Shown here: piece by piece, positions 20,064-30,350 of the stretch
How the letters are laid out: each line of letters opens with the position of its first letter
Numbering within the stretch: the first letter of the stretch is position 1
Source of the DNA: an uncultured Coriobacteriaceae bacterium
Lineage (GTDB): Bacteria; Actinomycetota; Coriobacteriia; Coriobacteriales; CADBOM01
Assembly (NCBI GenBank): GCA_964558235.1
Contig: CAZLCK010000005.1
Span: forward strand, 1-52,431
Reading direction: 5' to 3'
DNA length: 52,431 nucleotides
The notes under the pieces: model-generated
Databases searched by the model: none
What the model was told of the DNA's origin: nothing
What the model saw: only the letters and a program-made list of their open reading frames with translations
Program-made: the position numbers and the translations under genes

Positions 20064-21650
20064 ATGCCTAATTCAATTTTCGTAGAAACATATGACACTA
20101 CTTTAAGAGATGGAACGCAGTCCGAAGGTGTTTCTTTATCTATTGAAGATAAGCTAAAGATAATCTCTAAACTCGATGATTTAGGTGTTACTTATATCGA
20201 AGCAGGATATCCTGCTTCAAATGAGAAGGATGCAGAAGTCTTTCAACGTGTTAAGCAGTTAACCTTGCAGAATTCTAAAATTGTTGCATTTTCTATGACT
20301 TGTAAAAAAGATTCGCTGCCACAAGATGATCCAGCTATACAGACATTAGTTGATTGTGGAGCTCACATAGTTGCTCTAGTTGGTAAATCGGCTGCGCTTC
20401 ATGTTGAAAAGACACTTGGGACAACACTTGAAGAAAACTTGCGTATGATCTCGGATACGATCTCCTATTTGTCGAAGATGGGCCGTGAAGTTTTCTTTGA
20501 TGCTGAGCACTTTTTTGATGGATATAAAGAAAATAAGGACTATTCGACTGAAGTTTTACTAACTGCTGCAAGAGCTGGCGCTAAGCGTGTTGTGCTTTGT
20601 GATACAAATGGCTCTACTATGCCACATGAGATCAGCGAGATAATTAAGGAAGTCATCGCTGTTTTTGATAGAGACTCTGATTGTGCTAATTGTAAGGTCT
20701 CGATACACGCTCATGATGATTGTGGTCTAGCTGTTGCAAATTCTTTAGCTGCAATTAGAGCTGGTGCTGTGCAGATCCAAGGGACAGTCAATGGCTATGG
20801 AGAGCGTGTTGGTAATGCCGACATTATTTCGACAATTGCTAACCTAGAGCTTAAGATGGGTTTTGCAACAATTGGTAAGAAGAATTGTAAAAAGCTAACC
20901 CATACCGCACATTTTGTTGCCGATGTTTTCAATAGATCTCTTCCACCAAATCGTCCATTTGTCGGTAGTTCCGCATTTGCTCATAAAGGCGGATTACATG
21001 TCTCAGCATTAAGAAAGCTCGAAGGCGCATATGAGCATGTCAACCCAACCGATGTTGGCAATATGTCCCATGTGGTTGTAAGTGAACTTTCTGGCAAGGC
21101 ATCAATTTTGGCTAAGTGCCAAGAGTTTGGAATCGATCCAACCGATGCTTTGGATGCAAAAGAGCTTTTAAATCTTGTGAAGAATATGGAGTCCAAGGGT
21201 TATTCGTTTGAGTTGGCGGATGCATCGTTGGAGCTTATGTTTAGACGCGCTCTAGGACAGGATATATCGATTTTTAAGCTGGAATCATATCGCGTTATAA
21301 CAGATAGACGCGAAGATAGTGAGGCTCTAACTGAGGCTACAATCAAGATTCATGTTGGCGATGATCGCTTTATTGCAACTGGCGAAGGCAATGGCCCTGT
21401 AAACGCGCTTGATGTTGCTTTAAGACAGGCAATTACCAAATTTTATCCAGAGGTTCAAGATATTTCGCTCACTGACTTTAAAGTAAGAGTTTTGGATGAA
21501 TCTAGTGGCACAGATGCAATTACCCGTGTAATTATTGAGTCTAGATGCGGATCTAAAAGCTGGGTTACTATTGGAGTCGATGGAAATATCATCGAAGCTT
21601 CCTGGAAAGCATTAGTCGATTCTTTAGCTTACGGGTTGCGCATTCTTTAA
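20064..21650 (+). CDS. cimA: Citramalate synthase-type member of the 2-isopropylmalate/homocitrate synthase family
   Basis: 528 aa. Contains YDTTLRDGTQSEG.S.S.EDKL.I and HAHDDCG.AVAN. The length and N-terminus fit the long CimA type. The substrate is an inference. Confidence 0.75.
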   Translation: MPNSIFVETYDTTLRDGTQSEGVSLSIEDKLKIISKLDDLGVTYIEAGYPASNEKDAEVFQRVKQLTLQNSKIVAFSMTCKKDSLPQDDPAIQTLVDCGAHIVALVGKSAALHVEKTLGTTLEENLRMISDTISYLSKMGREVFFDAEHFFDGYKENKDYSTEVLLTAARAGAKRVVLCDTNGSTMPHEISEIIKEVIAVFDRDSDCANCKVSIHAHDDCGLAVANSLAAIRAGAVQIQGTVNGYGERVGNADIISTIANLELKMGFATIGKKNCKKLTHTAHFVADVFNRSLPPNRPFVGSSAFAHKGGLHVSALRKLEGAYEHVNPTDVGNMSHVVVSELSGKASILAKCQEFGIDPTDALDAKELLNLVKNMESKGYSFELADASLELMFRRALGQDISIFKLESYRVITDRREDSEALTEATIKIHVGDDRFIATGEGNGPVNALDVALRQAITKFYPEVQDISLTDFKVRVLDESSGTDAITRVIIESRCGSKSWVTIGVDGNIIEASWKALVDSLAYGLRIL

Positions 21651-21720
21651 AATATGTCCAAGTGCAAATTGATTTTTGCATGATGTTTTTATCGGTCAAT
21701 TACAGTTGGAGAATAAGCAT

Positions 21721-22041
21721 ATGGATAGCAGGGTCTATACAGATGAAGTAAAAGTTTTATGCATGGCTCTAAGTAAAATCGATGACCCTGAGGAAATCTT
21801 TAAGCTCTTGTCAGATGTCTGTACCATCCGTGAGATCTTGGATTTAGCGCAGCGTTTTTTGGTCGCCAAGCTTTTGGATGAGGGCGAAACATATAATGTT
21901 ATCAGCGAAAAAACAGGGGCTTCTGCTACTACTATTGCTAGAGTTTCAAAAGAACTTAAGTACGGTTTAGGTGGATATGAGATTGCTTTAAATGCAATAA
22001 AAGAATTGGATGAAAAGAAAGATCAATCAAGTTCACGATAA
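21721..22041 (+). CDS. YerC/YecD-family TrpR-like DNA-binding protein
   Basis: I trimmed the ORF-track start from 21676 to the ATG at 21721, which follows GGAGA. 106 aa. Contains R...A..L..G.TY..I...TG.S.ATI.RV. Confidence 0.7.
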   Translation: MDSRVYTDEVKVLCMALSKIDDPEEIFKLLSDVCTIREILDLAQRFLVAKLLDEGETYNVISEKTGASATTIARVSKELKYGLGGYEIALNAIKELDEKKDQSSSR

Positions 22042-22153
22042 CTTGTAGAGTTTTTAGATAGATCTTGATAAGAAGCTATCTAAAGCAGCTAATCATCATC
22101 AGATATTAAAACTCACAAGATCGAAGCGTATCAAAAGAGAGAATAAAGCATAG

Positions 22154-25100
22154 ATGGCATTTGTACATTTGCATAATCACACTGAATATTCATTGCTTGA
22201 TGGAGCTACTAAGGTTACCGAGATGGCTGAATATGCTTATAGCCTTGGTATGGAGGCTATAGCCATTACAGACCATGGTTATATGTATGGAGTTCCTGAA
22301 TTTGTAAAGGCCTGCAATAATGTTACCGCCAAGGCTGAAAAACAGTGGAAAGAAGCTTGCGAAAAAGCTAGAGAGGCGGGAGAGGAACTCCCAAAAAAGC
22401 CACATGGAATAAAGCCCATCATAGGTTGTGAGATCTATTTCACTCCAGACTCAACGCTTGCAAAAGATCATAAACCAGAGCTCTACCATATGATTTTGCT
22501 CGCTAAGAATAACGTAGGGTACCAAAATCTCTTGGAAATTGTAAGCGATGCTGCAATTGAAGGTTTTTATTACAAACCACGGGTTACATTTGATTCTTTG
22601 GAAAAAAATCATGAAGGTCTGATTGCAACTAGTGCATGCATTACTGGAATTATTCCAAAGTCCATCGATGATGGTCGCTTGGAAGATGCAAAGCTGTGGG
22701 CACAAAAATTCGCAGACCTTTTTGGTGTTGATGATTTTTATATTGAGCTACAAGATCAGGGTATAGCAACCAGTAGCGGTATGTCGCAATCAGATCTAAA
22801 TAAGCAGCTTGTCGCACTCGCTAAAGAGCTGGGAATAAAGACAATTGCAACAAATGATATCCACTATTTGCGGCGCGAGGATGCTCAGACCCAAGATATT
22901 ATGCTTTGCATTGGTATGGGAAAGCAGCTAGAAGACCCTAGTCGCATGAGATTTGAATGCGATGAGTTCTATCTAAAATCCGAAGAAGAGATGCGCGAAA
23001 TTTTCGCTGATTATCCTGAAGCATGCGATAACACAGTAGAGCTTGCTGCAAAGTGCAACGTTGAACTTTGTCACGATTTGATTTTGCCAAGACTACCACT
23101 TCCAGATGGCGAAACAAACGAGTCGATGTTAAGAAAATTTGCAACTGAAGGCTTGATCAAGCGATATGGCGACCCTTTGCCACAAGAGGTTATCGATCGT
23201 TTTGAATACGAGTATGACATCATCTGTACAAAGGGCTTTGCTGCATACTTTTTGATCGTTCAAGAGTTTGTTCAATGGGCTAAAGACAATGGAATAGGTG
23301 TTGGTCCTGGCCGTGGTTCGGCCGCCGGTTCGATTATCAGTTATGCACTTAATATCACAACATTTGATCCATTAGAAAACGGTCTACTCTTTGAGAGATT
23401 TCTTTCCCCAGAGCGCACTGAGATGCCAGATATCGATATGGATTTCGACGATGAGCGAAGAGAAGAAGTCATCGAACATGTAAAAGAGGTCTACGGTGAG
23501 GATCATATCGCCAATGTGATTACCTTTAATAAGATGAAGGCCAAGCAAGCTATTCAAGATGCTGCGCGGGTTTTGGGATATTCACTCGGTAAGGCACTCT
23601 CGATTAACAAGCTTTTTTTGAGCCCATTTGCAAATATTGCTGGGACTATGGGAGAGTCAGAAAAGAAATCTGACAATACCGAATATTACAATCCCGACTT
23701 TGTTGATTTTTATAACTCTGATCCTGAAGTTAAGCAGATCGTAGACGCGGCTAAGAAGCTTGAAGGAACAATTCGCGGTGAAGGTGTTCATGCTAGCGCA
23801 GTCGTTATCTGTCGTGACCCAATTAAAGAGCATGTTCCAGCTAAGCTAGATACAAAAGAAAATTCGATTATTTCGCAATATGACGGTGTAAATATTGCCG
23901 ATCTAGGTCTTTTGAAGATGGACTTTTTAGGACTTAGAACCCTAACAGTTATCTCTAAAGCTTTAGAAAATATCGAGCATAATCACGGTATTAAGATCGA
24001 TTTGGACTCTATTGACTTTAAAGATTCGGCAATTTTTGATCTCTTTGCACGAGGGGACACAACTGGTGTTTTTCAGATCGAATCGGATGGTCTAACAGGT
24101 CTTTTGCAACGCATGAGACCAGATAGATACTCCGACATTATCGCTGCTATTGCGCTGTATCGGCCAGGACCGCTCGAGGCTGGTATGGTCGATGACTTCA
24201 TCAATAGAAAACTTGGTCTTACAGAGATCAAATATTACGACGAGAGATTAAAAGATATTCTTGAAGAGACCTATGGCACCATCGTTTATCAAGAGCAGGT
24301 TATGCAGATTTCTGTTAGGATGTCTGGTTTTTCTGCCGGAGAGTCCGACAAGATAAGAAAGGCTGTGGCCAAAAAGCAGATCGACCTTATGACAAAAAAG
24401 GTTGATAAGTGGTCAGATGGTCAAGAGGAGACCATGAAGGATCACTGGATGAACGGTGCGGTTAGAAATGGTTATGACCTAGCTGTTGCTCAAAAGATTT
24501 GGGATGATGTTGAAAAGTTTGCATCATACGCCTTTAATAAGTCGCACTCTGCTGCATATGCAATTTTGACCATGCAGACAGCGTGGCTTAAGGCCTATTA
24601 TCCACTCGAATATATGGCCGCTGTTCTTACGAGCTACATGGGTAAAAATGCAGATAGAATCAGAGTAGTTATAAACTCGCTTAAGCAACAGGGCGTGCAA
24701 GTTTTGTCTCCCGATGTTAACTCTTCTATGCGTGATTTTACTGCCGTAGGACAAGATATTCGTTTTGGATTGGCCGGCATTAAAGGAATGGGACAGGCTG
24801 TTGCAGATGAAATCATTGCAGAAAGACAGAAAAACGGCTCATTTAAAACTATCCATGATTTTGTTAATAGGATTTCTACCAAGGTTTGCAGTAGGAAAAA
24901 TGTTGAGATTTTAATTAAGGCGGGAGCTTTTGATTCAACTGGCTATACAAGAAGACAGATGCTTCTATTTATTGAGCGCGATGGTCTTTTAGAGCAGGCT
25001 GCCCAGCACCATAAAGATAAAGAATCTGGCCAGGTATCTATGTTTGACATGTTATCCGATGATGACGACTCTGGTTTTATTGAAGAGATTCCTGCTCCAG

Positions 25101-25783
25101 ACGGGATTGAATGGGAGAGAAAGGTTAAGCTCGACTTTGAAAAAGAAGTTTTGGGCATGTATATCTCCGATCACCCCCTAAGTCCATATCAAGTAGATTT
25201 AGATGAGATCTCAGATTTCAAACTATCCGTCTTCAGTGACACATCAGCCGATATTCATATCGATGAATTTGGGGATTCTTCATCTGTTAGTATCCCAACT
25301 GACAAAGATATTACTTTGGCGGGAATGGTAACAGATTTGGCATATAAAATTACAAAGCGTGGCGACAGGATGGCAGTCTTTACTCTTGAGAGCATGGATG
25401 GCTCGATCGATTGCATTGTGTTCTCTAAAACTTTAGAAGAATATGGCAAATCATTAGCTGAGGAAAATATTGTTAAGATTCGTGGTCGCTACGATAAAAC
25501 CGATAGAGGAAGCCAGATCAGAGTCAATTCATGTATTGCACTTACATATGGACGCAAGGTCAAGATCGAGACCGAGGCTGAAAATATCGACAGAGATCTC
25601 CTAAATGAAATTAATCGTACAATTTGTGAATTCCCTGGTGCTGATAAGATCTCTTTTGTGATCTTTGAAGGGGGAGTAGCAAAAAGCGATATCGATTTGC
25701 CCCAGCATGTCGATGGTGGGAGTTTGACGCTTCTTTCTGCGCTCGCAGCACTTTTAAAGGGCAAAGGCAAAGTTGTTGTATAG
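22154..25783 (+). CDS. dnaE: DNA polymerase III alpha subunit
   Basis: 1209 aa. The N-terminus carries the PHP motif HLHNHTEYSLLDGA, and the palm motifs GRGSAAGS and PDIDMDF are present. Confidence 0.96.
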   Translation: MAFVHLHNHTEYSLLDGATKVTEMAEYAYSLGMEAIAITDHGYMYGVPEFVKACNNVTAKAEKQWKEACEKAREAGEELPKKPHGIKPIIGCEIYFTPDSTLAKDHKPELYHMILLAKNNVGYQNLLEIVSDAAIEGFYYKPRVTFDSLEKNHEGLIATSACITGIIPKSIDDGRLEDAKLWAQKFADLFGVDDFYIELQDQGIATSSGMSQSDLNKQLVALAKELGIKTIATNDIHYLRREDAQTQDIMLCIGMGKQLEDPSRMRFECDEFYLKSEEEMREIFADYPEACDNTVELAAKCNVELCHDLILPRLPLPDGETNESMLRKFATEGLIKRYGDPLPQEVIDRFEYEYDIICTKGFAAYFLIVQEFVQWAKDNGIGVGPGRGSAAGSIISYALNITTFDPLENGLLFERFLSPERTEMPDIDMDFDDERREEVIEHVKEVYGEDHIANVITFNKMKAKQAIQDAARVLGYSLGKALSINKLFLSPFANIAGTMGESEKKSDNTEYYNPDFVDFYNSDPEVKQIVDAAKKLEGTIRGEGVHASAVVICRDPIKEHVPAKLDTKENSIISQYDGVNIADLGLLKMDFLGLRTLTVISKALENIEHNHGIKIDLDSIDFKDSAIFDLFARGDTTGVFQIESDGLTGLLQRMRPDRYSDIIAAIALYRPGPLEAGMVDDFINRKLGLTEIKYYDERLKDILEETYGTIVYQEQVMQISVRMSGFSAGESDKIRKAVAKKQIDLMTKKVDKWSDGQEETMKDHWMNGAVRNGYDLAVAQKIWDDVEKFASYAFNKSHSAAYAILTMQTAWLKAYYPLEYMAAVLTSYMGKNADRIRVVINSLKQQGVQVLSPDVNSSMRDFTAVGQDIRFGLAGIKGMGQAVADEIIAERQKNGSFKTIHDFVNRISTKVCSRKNVEILIKAGAFDSTGYTRRQMLLFIERDGLLEQAAQHHKDKESGQVSMFDMLSDDDDSGFIEEIPAPDGIEWERKVKLDFEKEVLGMYISDHPLSPYQVDLDEISDFKLSVFSDTSADIHIDEFGDSSSVSIPTDKDITLAGMVTDLAYKITKRGDRMAVFTLESMDGSIDCIVFSKTLEEYGKSLAEENIVKIRGRYDKTDRGSQIRVNSCIALTYGRKVKIETEAENIDRDLLNEINRTICEFPGADKISFVIFEGGVAKSDIDLPQHVDGGSLTLLSALAALLKGKGKVVV

Positions 25784-25994
25784 CGAAAAACTTTTTAGAC
25801 TAACAGCCCTTAAAGGCGTGGGGATACGCTAAGTCTGGAAAATTGCAGTTGTTGTATAGCTTCTATTTAATATAGTGAGTTGCGTAAAAGACAAAATTAA
25901 CCACTTTACTTTAGTACTCTATTGCTCTACTATGCTAAAGTATCAACAAATGACTACTTATAAAATTAAAGCAAAGTTGTAAGGAGTAGAGAAG

Positions 25995-27086
25995 TTGCTA
26001 CCAATAACTCCTCGAGGTTTTAAGGATATCTTGCCAGAAGAGGCTCGAATTAGAGAACAATTGAGAAAGAGCGCATCTTTAACATTTGATCTATGGGGAT
26101 ATGATCCAATTGAAACTCCTACTTTAGAGATGCTAGAAGTTCTAGAACGCGGATCTGCTTTGAGCTCACCATCTTTTAAATTATTTGATGAGGATGGTTC
26201 GCTCTTGGTTATGAGGCCAGATGCAACACTTCCAATTGCTAGAATGGTTGCTTCTAGACTTGGCGAACAAATTCCAAAATATCGCTTTAGATATGATTTG
26301 AGAGTCTTGCGCGACAATAAGTCCGATAAGGCTACATCTAGAGAGTTTACACAGCTTGGGGTTGAACAGATTGGCTATAGCGGCTCTGAGGCCGATGCGG
26401 AGACAATAATTGTTTTTATAGAGAGCCTTTTAGCATGCGGACTTCGCGGTTTTAAAGTTGATTTTTGTAATGTAGCTATCCTAAAAAGCTTAATTAAATC
26501 CTGTAATCTTTCTGAACAAGATGAAGAGAGCATCTTAAATGCATATCACTCTTCAAATCATGTTGGCTTAGCTTATGCAGTTGAAAATCTTAATATGAAT
26601 AAAACTCTAGCCAAATGTCTAAAAGGGCTTATAAAGATACATGGCGATCATGATGCGATAGTTGAGTGCAAAAAACTATTATGCGATTGCGATGTTGATC
26701 AGTCTCCGCTTGATTTATTAGAAGAGACTTGGGAGATCATTGAAGATTGCGGCTACGCTGATTATATTGGCATCGATTTTTCATTAATGAGCTCTTTTGA
26801 TTACTACACGGGATTGATTTTATTTGCTTATGCACCTGGTTTTGGTAAAGAGATCGGATCTGGCGGCCGATATGACAAGCTTTTAAAGTCTTTTGGACGA
26901 GATGTTCCAGCTGCTGGCTTTGCCTTTTCTTTGGAAAATTTGATGCAGGCTCTCTCTGTTCAGGGAAATCTAAAATCTACACCGCGTGATATTGAGTATG
27001 TCGAAGAGGCGGGATCTGCATCATTTAAAAAAGCTATGGCACTTCACTCTAAAGGAATTGTTGCTAGCATTGGAGGCGATAACTAA
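25995..27086 (+). CDS. hisZ: ATP phosphoribosyltransferase regulatory subunit (HisRS paralogue)
   Basis: 363 aa with a TTG start after AAGGAG. The sequence has class-II aaRS-like motifs and sits immediately upstream of a short-form hisG. Confidence 0.85.
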   Translation: MLPITPRGFKDILPEEARIREQLRKSASLTFDLWGYDPIETPTLEMLEVLERGSALSSPSFKLFDEDGSLLVMRPDATLPIARMVASRLGEQIPKYRFRYDLRVLRDNKSDKATSREFTQLGVEQIGYSGSEADAETIIVFIESLLACGLRGFKVDFCNVAILKSLIKSCNLSEQDEESILNAYHSSNHVGLAYAVENLNMNKTLAKCLKGLIKIHGDHDAIVECKKLLCDCDVDQSPLDLLEETWEIIEDCGYADYIGIDFSLMSSFDYYTGLILFAYAPGFGKEIGSGGRYDKLLKSFGRDVPAAGFAFSLENLMQALSVQGNLKSTPRDIEYVEEAGSASFKKAMALHSKGIVASIGGDN

Positions 27087-27748
27087 TGAGCGCCCTAAGA
27101 CGTGTATTAGATCGTCCACTTAGAATTGCTGTTCCAAAGGGTTCTTTGTTTGAAGATAGTGTCAATACACTAGAAGCTGCTGGTATCGATGCTAGCATTT
27201 TAAGAAACCCCGGACGTCAACTTATCTTTACTCAAGAAAAGTACGAGTTTGTTATCCTTAGACCCACCGATGTTCCAACATTTGTTGCATTTGGTGGTGT
27301 GGACTGTGGAATGTGTGGTGAAGATTCCATCGTAGAGTCGGGCGCCGACATCGTTGAGATGGTAGATCTCAATTATGGTGGATGTAGGTTTGTAGTAGCT
27401 GAGCCTAAAGATTCAAAAGCAAAAACTGGTGATGCGTATAGCAGGCTAGGTGTGCTAAAAGTTGCAACTAAGTACCCAAATATTACGAAGGCCTATTACG
27501 ATTCGATCGGTACCCAAGTTGAAATTGTTAAGCTCCATGGCAATATTGAACTAGCGCCTTTGTGCGCAATGGCAGATAGAATTGTAGATATTACTGCTAC
27601 AGGAACAACTCTGAGAGAGAATAATTTGGAGATTGTCTCTGAAGTTATGCATTCAACTGCAAGATTTATTGCTAATCCCGCTGCTGTAAGAATTGATTCA
27701 AGGATTAGGATGTTAGCTTCTAAGATTAATGAGGTTGTGAAAGCATAA
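27086..27748 (+). CDS. hisG: ATP phosphoribosyltransferase, short form
   Basis: 220 aa. The start overlaps the hisZ stop. Contains IAVPKG.L and D.VDLGI-like motifs and DIT.TG.TL..N.L. Confidence 0.92.
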   Translation: MSALRRVLDRPLRIAVPKGSLFEDSVNTLEAAGIDASILRNPGRQLIFTQEKYEFVILRPTDVPTFVAFGGVDCGMCGEDSIVESGADIVEMVDLNYGGCRFVVAEPKDSKAKTGDAYSRLGVLKVATKYPNITKAYYDSIGTQVEIVKLHGNIELAPLCAMADRIVDITATGTTLRENNLEIVSEVMHSTARFIANPAAVRIDSRIRMLASKINEVVKA

Positions 27749-27779
27749 TCGATGCGCAATATAAGAAAGGCTTAACTAA

Positions 27780-29102
27780 GTGGATATTCAAGTTATTAGA
27801 TTAGAGAGTGACGAAGAATTAGATTTCGATTCGCTAGGTCGTGATGGCTCTTGTAGCGAGGAGATCACCAATGCTGCACGTGAGATTATCGATGATATTC
27901 GTAAGCGTGGAGATATTGCTTTATCCTATTACACTGAAAAATTTGATCATGTGAAACTGGAGACATTCTTGGTTCCAGACGAGATGATCGATTCTGCCGA
28001 GAGATTTTTAGAAGCAAGCGTAAAAGATGCGCTTGAGAATGCATGTGAATCTATAATGGCTTTTCATGCAAATAAGATTCCTCAATCAGATTTAGATCTC
28101 AGGCCAGACGGAACTTTGATTGGGTATCGCGTTAATCCGCTTGATAGCGTCGGACTCTATGTTCCAGGAGGACGCGCTTCATATCCTTCGACGGTCTTGA
28201 TGAATGCTATTCCTGCAAAGATGGCTGGTGTAGAGCGACTTGTTATGGTCACGCCACCTTCGCAAAATGCCACAATGGATCCTGTCTTGTTATATGCTGC
28301 CAAGCTTGCTGGTGTTGATGAAATATATGCAGTAGGAGGAGCGCAAGCTATTGCAGCTTTGGCTTACGGAACTGAGTCGATCGAAGCAGTTGATAAGATA
28401 GTTGGCCCTGGAAATAATTATGTTGCTGCAGCTAAACAACTAGTTTCTGGAAAAGTCGGAATCGATCTACAGGCCGGACCATCTGAAATTTTGATTCTTG
28501 CTGATGATAGTGCCAATCCAAGCTTTGTTGCTGCGGATATGCTTTCTCAAGCTGAGCATGATCCAGATGCCTGTAGTTATTTAGTTATGGTTGGAGATGA
28601 GATTCTAGAAGACGTTTTGTCTGAAATGGATCGAATCTCTAAAGGATCTTCTCGCCTTGAGATCATAGAAGAATCGATAAGTAATAATGGACTTATTGTT
28701 ATCTGCCCAGATCTTGCAAGTGCGATAGAGACTGCCAATGGGATTGCTCCAGAGCATCTTGAGATTATGACTGATAATCCAATTGAACTTGTTGGACAAC
28801 TCCGAAATGCTGGAGCAATTTTTGTTGGACAATGGACTCCAGTTGCAATGGGCGACTACATTGCAGGGCCATCTCACACTCTTCCAACATCTGGAGCTGC
28901 TCGTTTTGCAAGCCCTCTTACAGTCGACGATTTTGTTAAAAAGACATCTGTGATCTCCTATTCATATCTAGCCCTGTCTGATGATGCAAATTCTGTTATT
29001 GAGATTGCCAATAAAGAGGGCTTTGAAATGCATTCGCGTTCTGTTATGGAAAGGATCGATCTCGTCGATAAGCTTACTCAGTCAGGTGAGGGCCTTAATT
29101 AA
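27780..29102 (+). CDS. hisD: Histidinol dehydrogenase
   Basis: 440 aa with a GTG start. Contains VPGG.A.YPS and SQAEHD. Confidence 0.93.
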   Translation: MDIQVIRLESDEELDFDSLGRDGSCSEEITNAAREIIDDIRKRGDIALSYYTEKFDHVKLETFLVPDEMIDSAERFLEASVKDALENACESIMAFHANKIPQSDLDLRPDGTLIGYRVNPLDSVGLYVPGGRASYPSTVLMNAIPAKMAGVERLVMVTPPSQNATMDPVLLYAAKLAGVDEIYAVGGAQAIAALAYGTESIEAVDKIVGPGNNYVAAAKQLVSGKVGIDLQAGPSEILILADDSANPSFVAADMLSQAEHDPDACSYLVMVGDEILEDVLSEMDRISKGSSRLEIIEESISNNGLIVICPDLASAIETANGIAPEHLEIMTDNPIELVGQLRNAGAIFVGQWTPVAMGDYIAGPSHTLPTSGAARFASPLTVDDFVKKTSVISYSYLALSDDANSVIEIANKEGFEMHSRSVMERIDLVDKLTQSGEGLN

Positions 29103-29233
29103 AGAAGCGATTAGCGAATAGTAGATATAGCTTTGAAATATTTCAGCTCCAATGAAAAAGGATTGTTTATTTGATTTTCTTTTAAAGATTAAAGCAAAAT
29201 CATTTAGAAAAAATTAGAAAAGAGAAGACAAAA

Positions 29234-30349
29234 GTGAAGCTAAATGATGCATTAACAGGATTAGCAGCTTATGATCCGAAATATTTAGATGCTGATATCT
29301 TGTTATCTGCTAATGAAAATCCCTATGATCTGCCTTCAGAAATAAAAGATAAGGCTTTGCAGGAGATCTCAAAGACTAATTTCAATAGATATCCAGATCC
29401 TACTGCAAATACTTTGAGGGAACTGATTGCATCTAAGCTTTGCGATATTGTTTTACCAACTCTTCATAATTCCCAAAAGCCCTATGAGAGTTTTGATGGT
29501 ATTACTAGGGATTATATTGTTGTTGGTAACGGGGGAGACGAGCTGCTTTTTAATACATTTTTGGCCTTTGGTGGTAATGGAAGAAATGCTTTAACTAGCG
29601 TGCCAACATTCTCTGTTTACTCGATTGACGCCCAACTTAATAGTACAAATATCATCGAAATACCCAGGGATAGTAACTATGTTTTTGATGAGAACTCGTT
29701 TATTGAACGTGCTTCGAGAGATGATATAGATATCGTTATACTTACGAGTCCTAATAATCCAATTGGAGACACACTGAACTATGATTTTGTAAAGAGACTC
29801 TTAGCTAGGACAAAAGCGTTAGTTCTAATCGATGAAGCTTATGGAGAGTTTTCTGGAAAAAGTGTTATTCCACTTATTAAGGAATTTGACAATCTAGCTG
29901 TGCTTAGAACTTTTTCAAAGGCCTATGCTTTGGCGGGTGTGCGTCTTGGGTATATGGTTGCAAATCCTAAGATCATCTCTACATATCTTATGGTGAGACA
30001 ACCCTACTCAGTAGATGCTGTTTCTCAAGCTATCGGGAGGGTTGTCTGTAATAATCTAGAGGTTTTTGTGCCAAAGATTCTTACAATTGTACGTCTGAGA
30101 GATGAGCTTCTAGAAAAGCTATCGTGCATAAATGGGCTTGAGGTTTTTGAAAGTAGATCGAACTTTATCATGGTTAGAGCAAAAGGTGCTGCTGGTATTT
30201 GGCAATCTATGCTCGATGACCGTATTTTAATCAGAGATTTTTCTAGTTCCGACTATTTAGATGGATGCTTAAGAATTACTGTTGGAACAAGAAGCGAAAA
30301 TGATGCCATGATCGATTCGTTAGCTGAAGCGATTATGAAGGGAGTTTAG
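29234..30349 (+). CDS. hisC: Histidinol-phosphate aminotransferase
   Basis: 371 aa with a GTG start. Contains SANENPY, DEAY.EF and the RTFSKAY.LAG.R PLP-lysine motif. Confidence 0.88.
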   Translation: MKLNDALTGLAAYDPKYLDADILLSANENPYDLPSEIKDKALQEISKTNFNRYPDPTANTLRELIASKLCDIVLPTLHNSQKPYESFDGITRDYIVVGNGGDELLFNTFLAFGGNGRNALTSVPTFSVYSIDAQLNSTNIIEIPRDSNYVFDENSFIERASRDDIDIVILTSPNNPIGDTLNYDFVKRLLARTKALVLIDEAYGEFSGKSVIPLIKEFDNLAVLRTFSKAYALAGVRLGYMVANPKIISTYLMVRQPYSVDAVSQAIGRVVCNNLEVFVPKILTIVRLRDELLEKLSCINGLEVFESRSNFIMVRAKGAAGIWQSMLDDRILIRDFSSSDYLDGCLRITVGTRSENDAMIDSLAEAIMKGV

Positions 30350-30350
30350 T

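Noticed and set aside
22042-22153. The hairpin TAGATAG...CTATCTA (about 22058-22085) between the yerC-like gene and dnaE, considered as a terminator.
   Set aside because: The T-run precedes rather than follows the stem on the + strand, and no U-tract follows on either strand.
25771-25860. A 14-bp direct repeat, AGTTGTTGTATAGC, at the dnaE stop (25771-25784) and again at 25847-25860.
   Set aside because: It is a single short repeat pair with no flanking inverted repeats, no mobile-element genes and no array structure. It is most simply a small duplication remnant of the dnaE 3' end.
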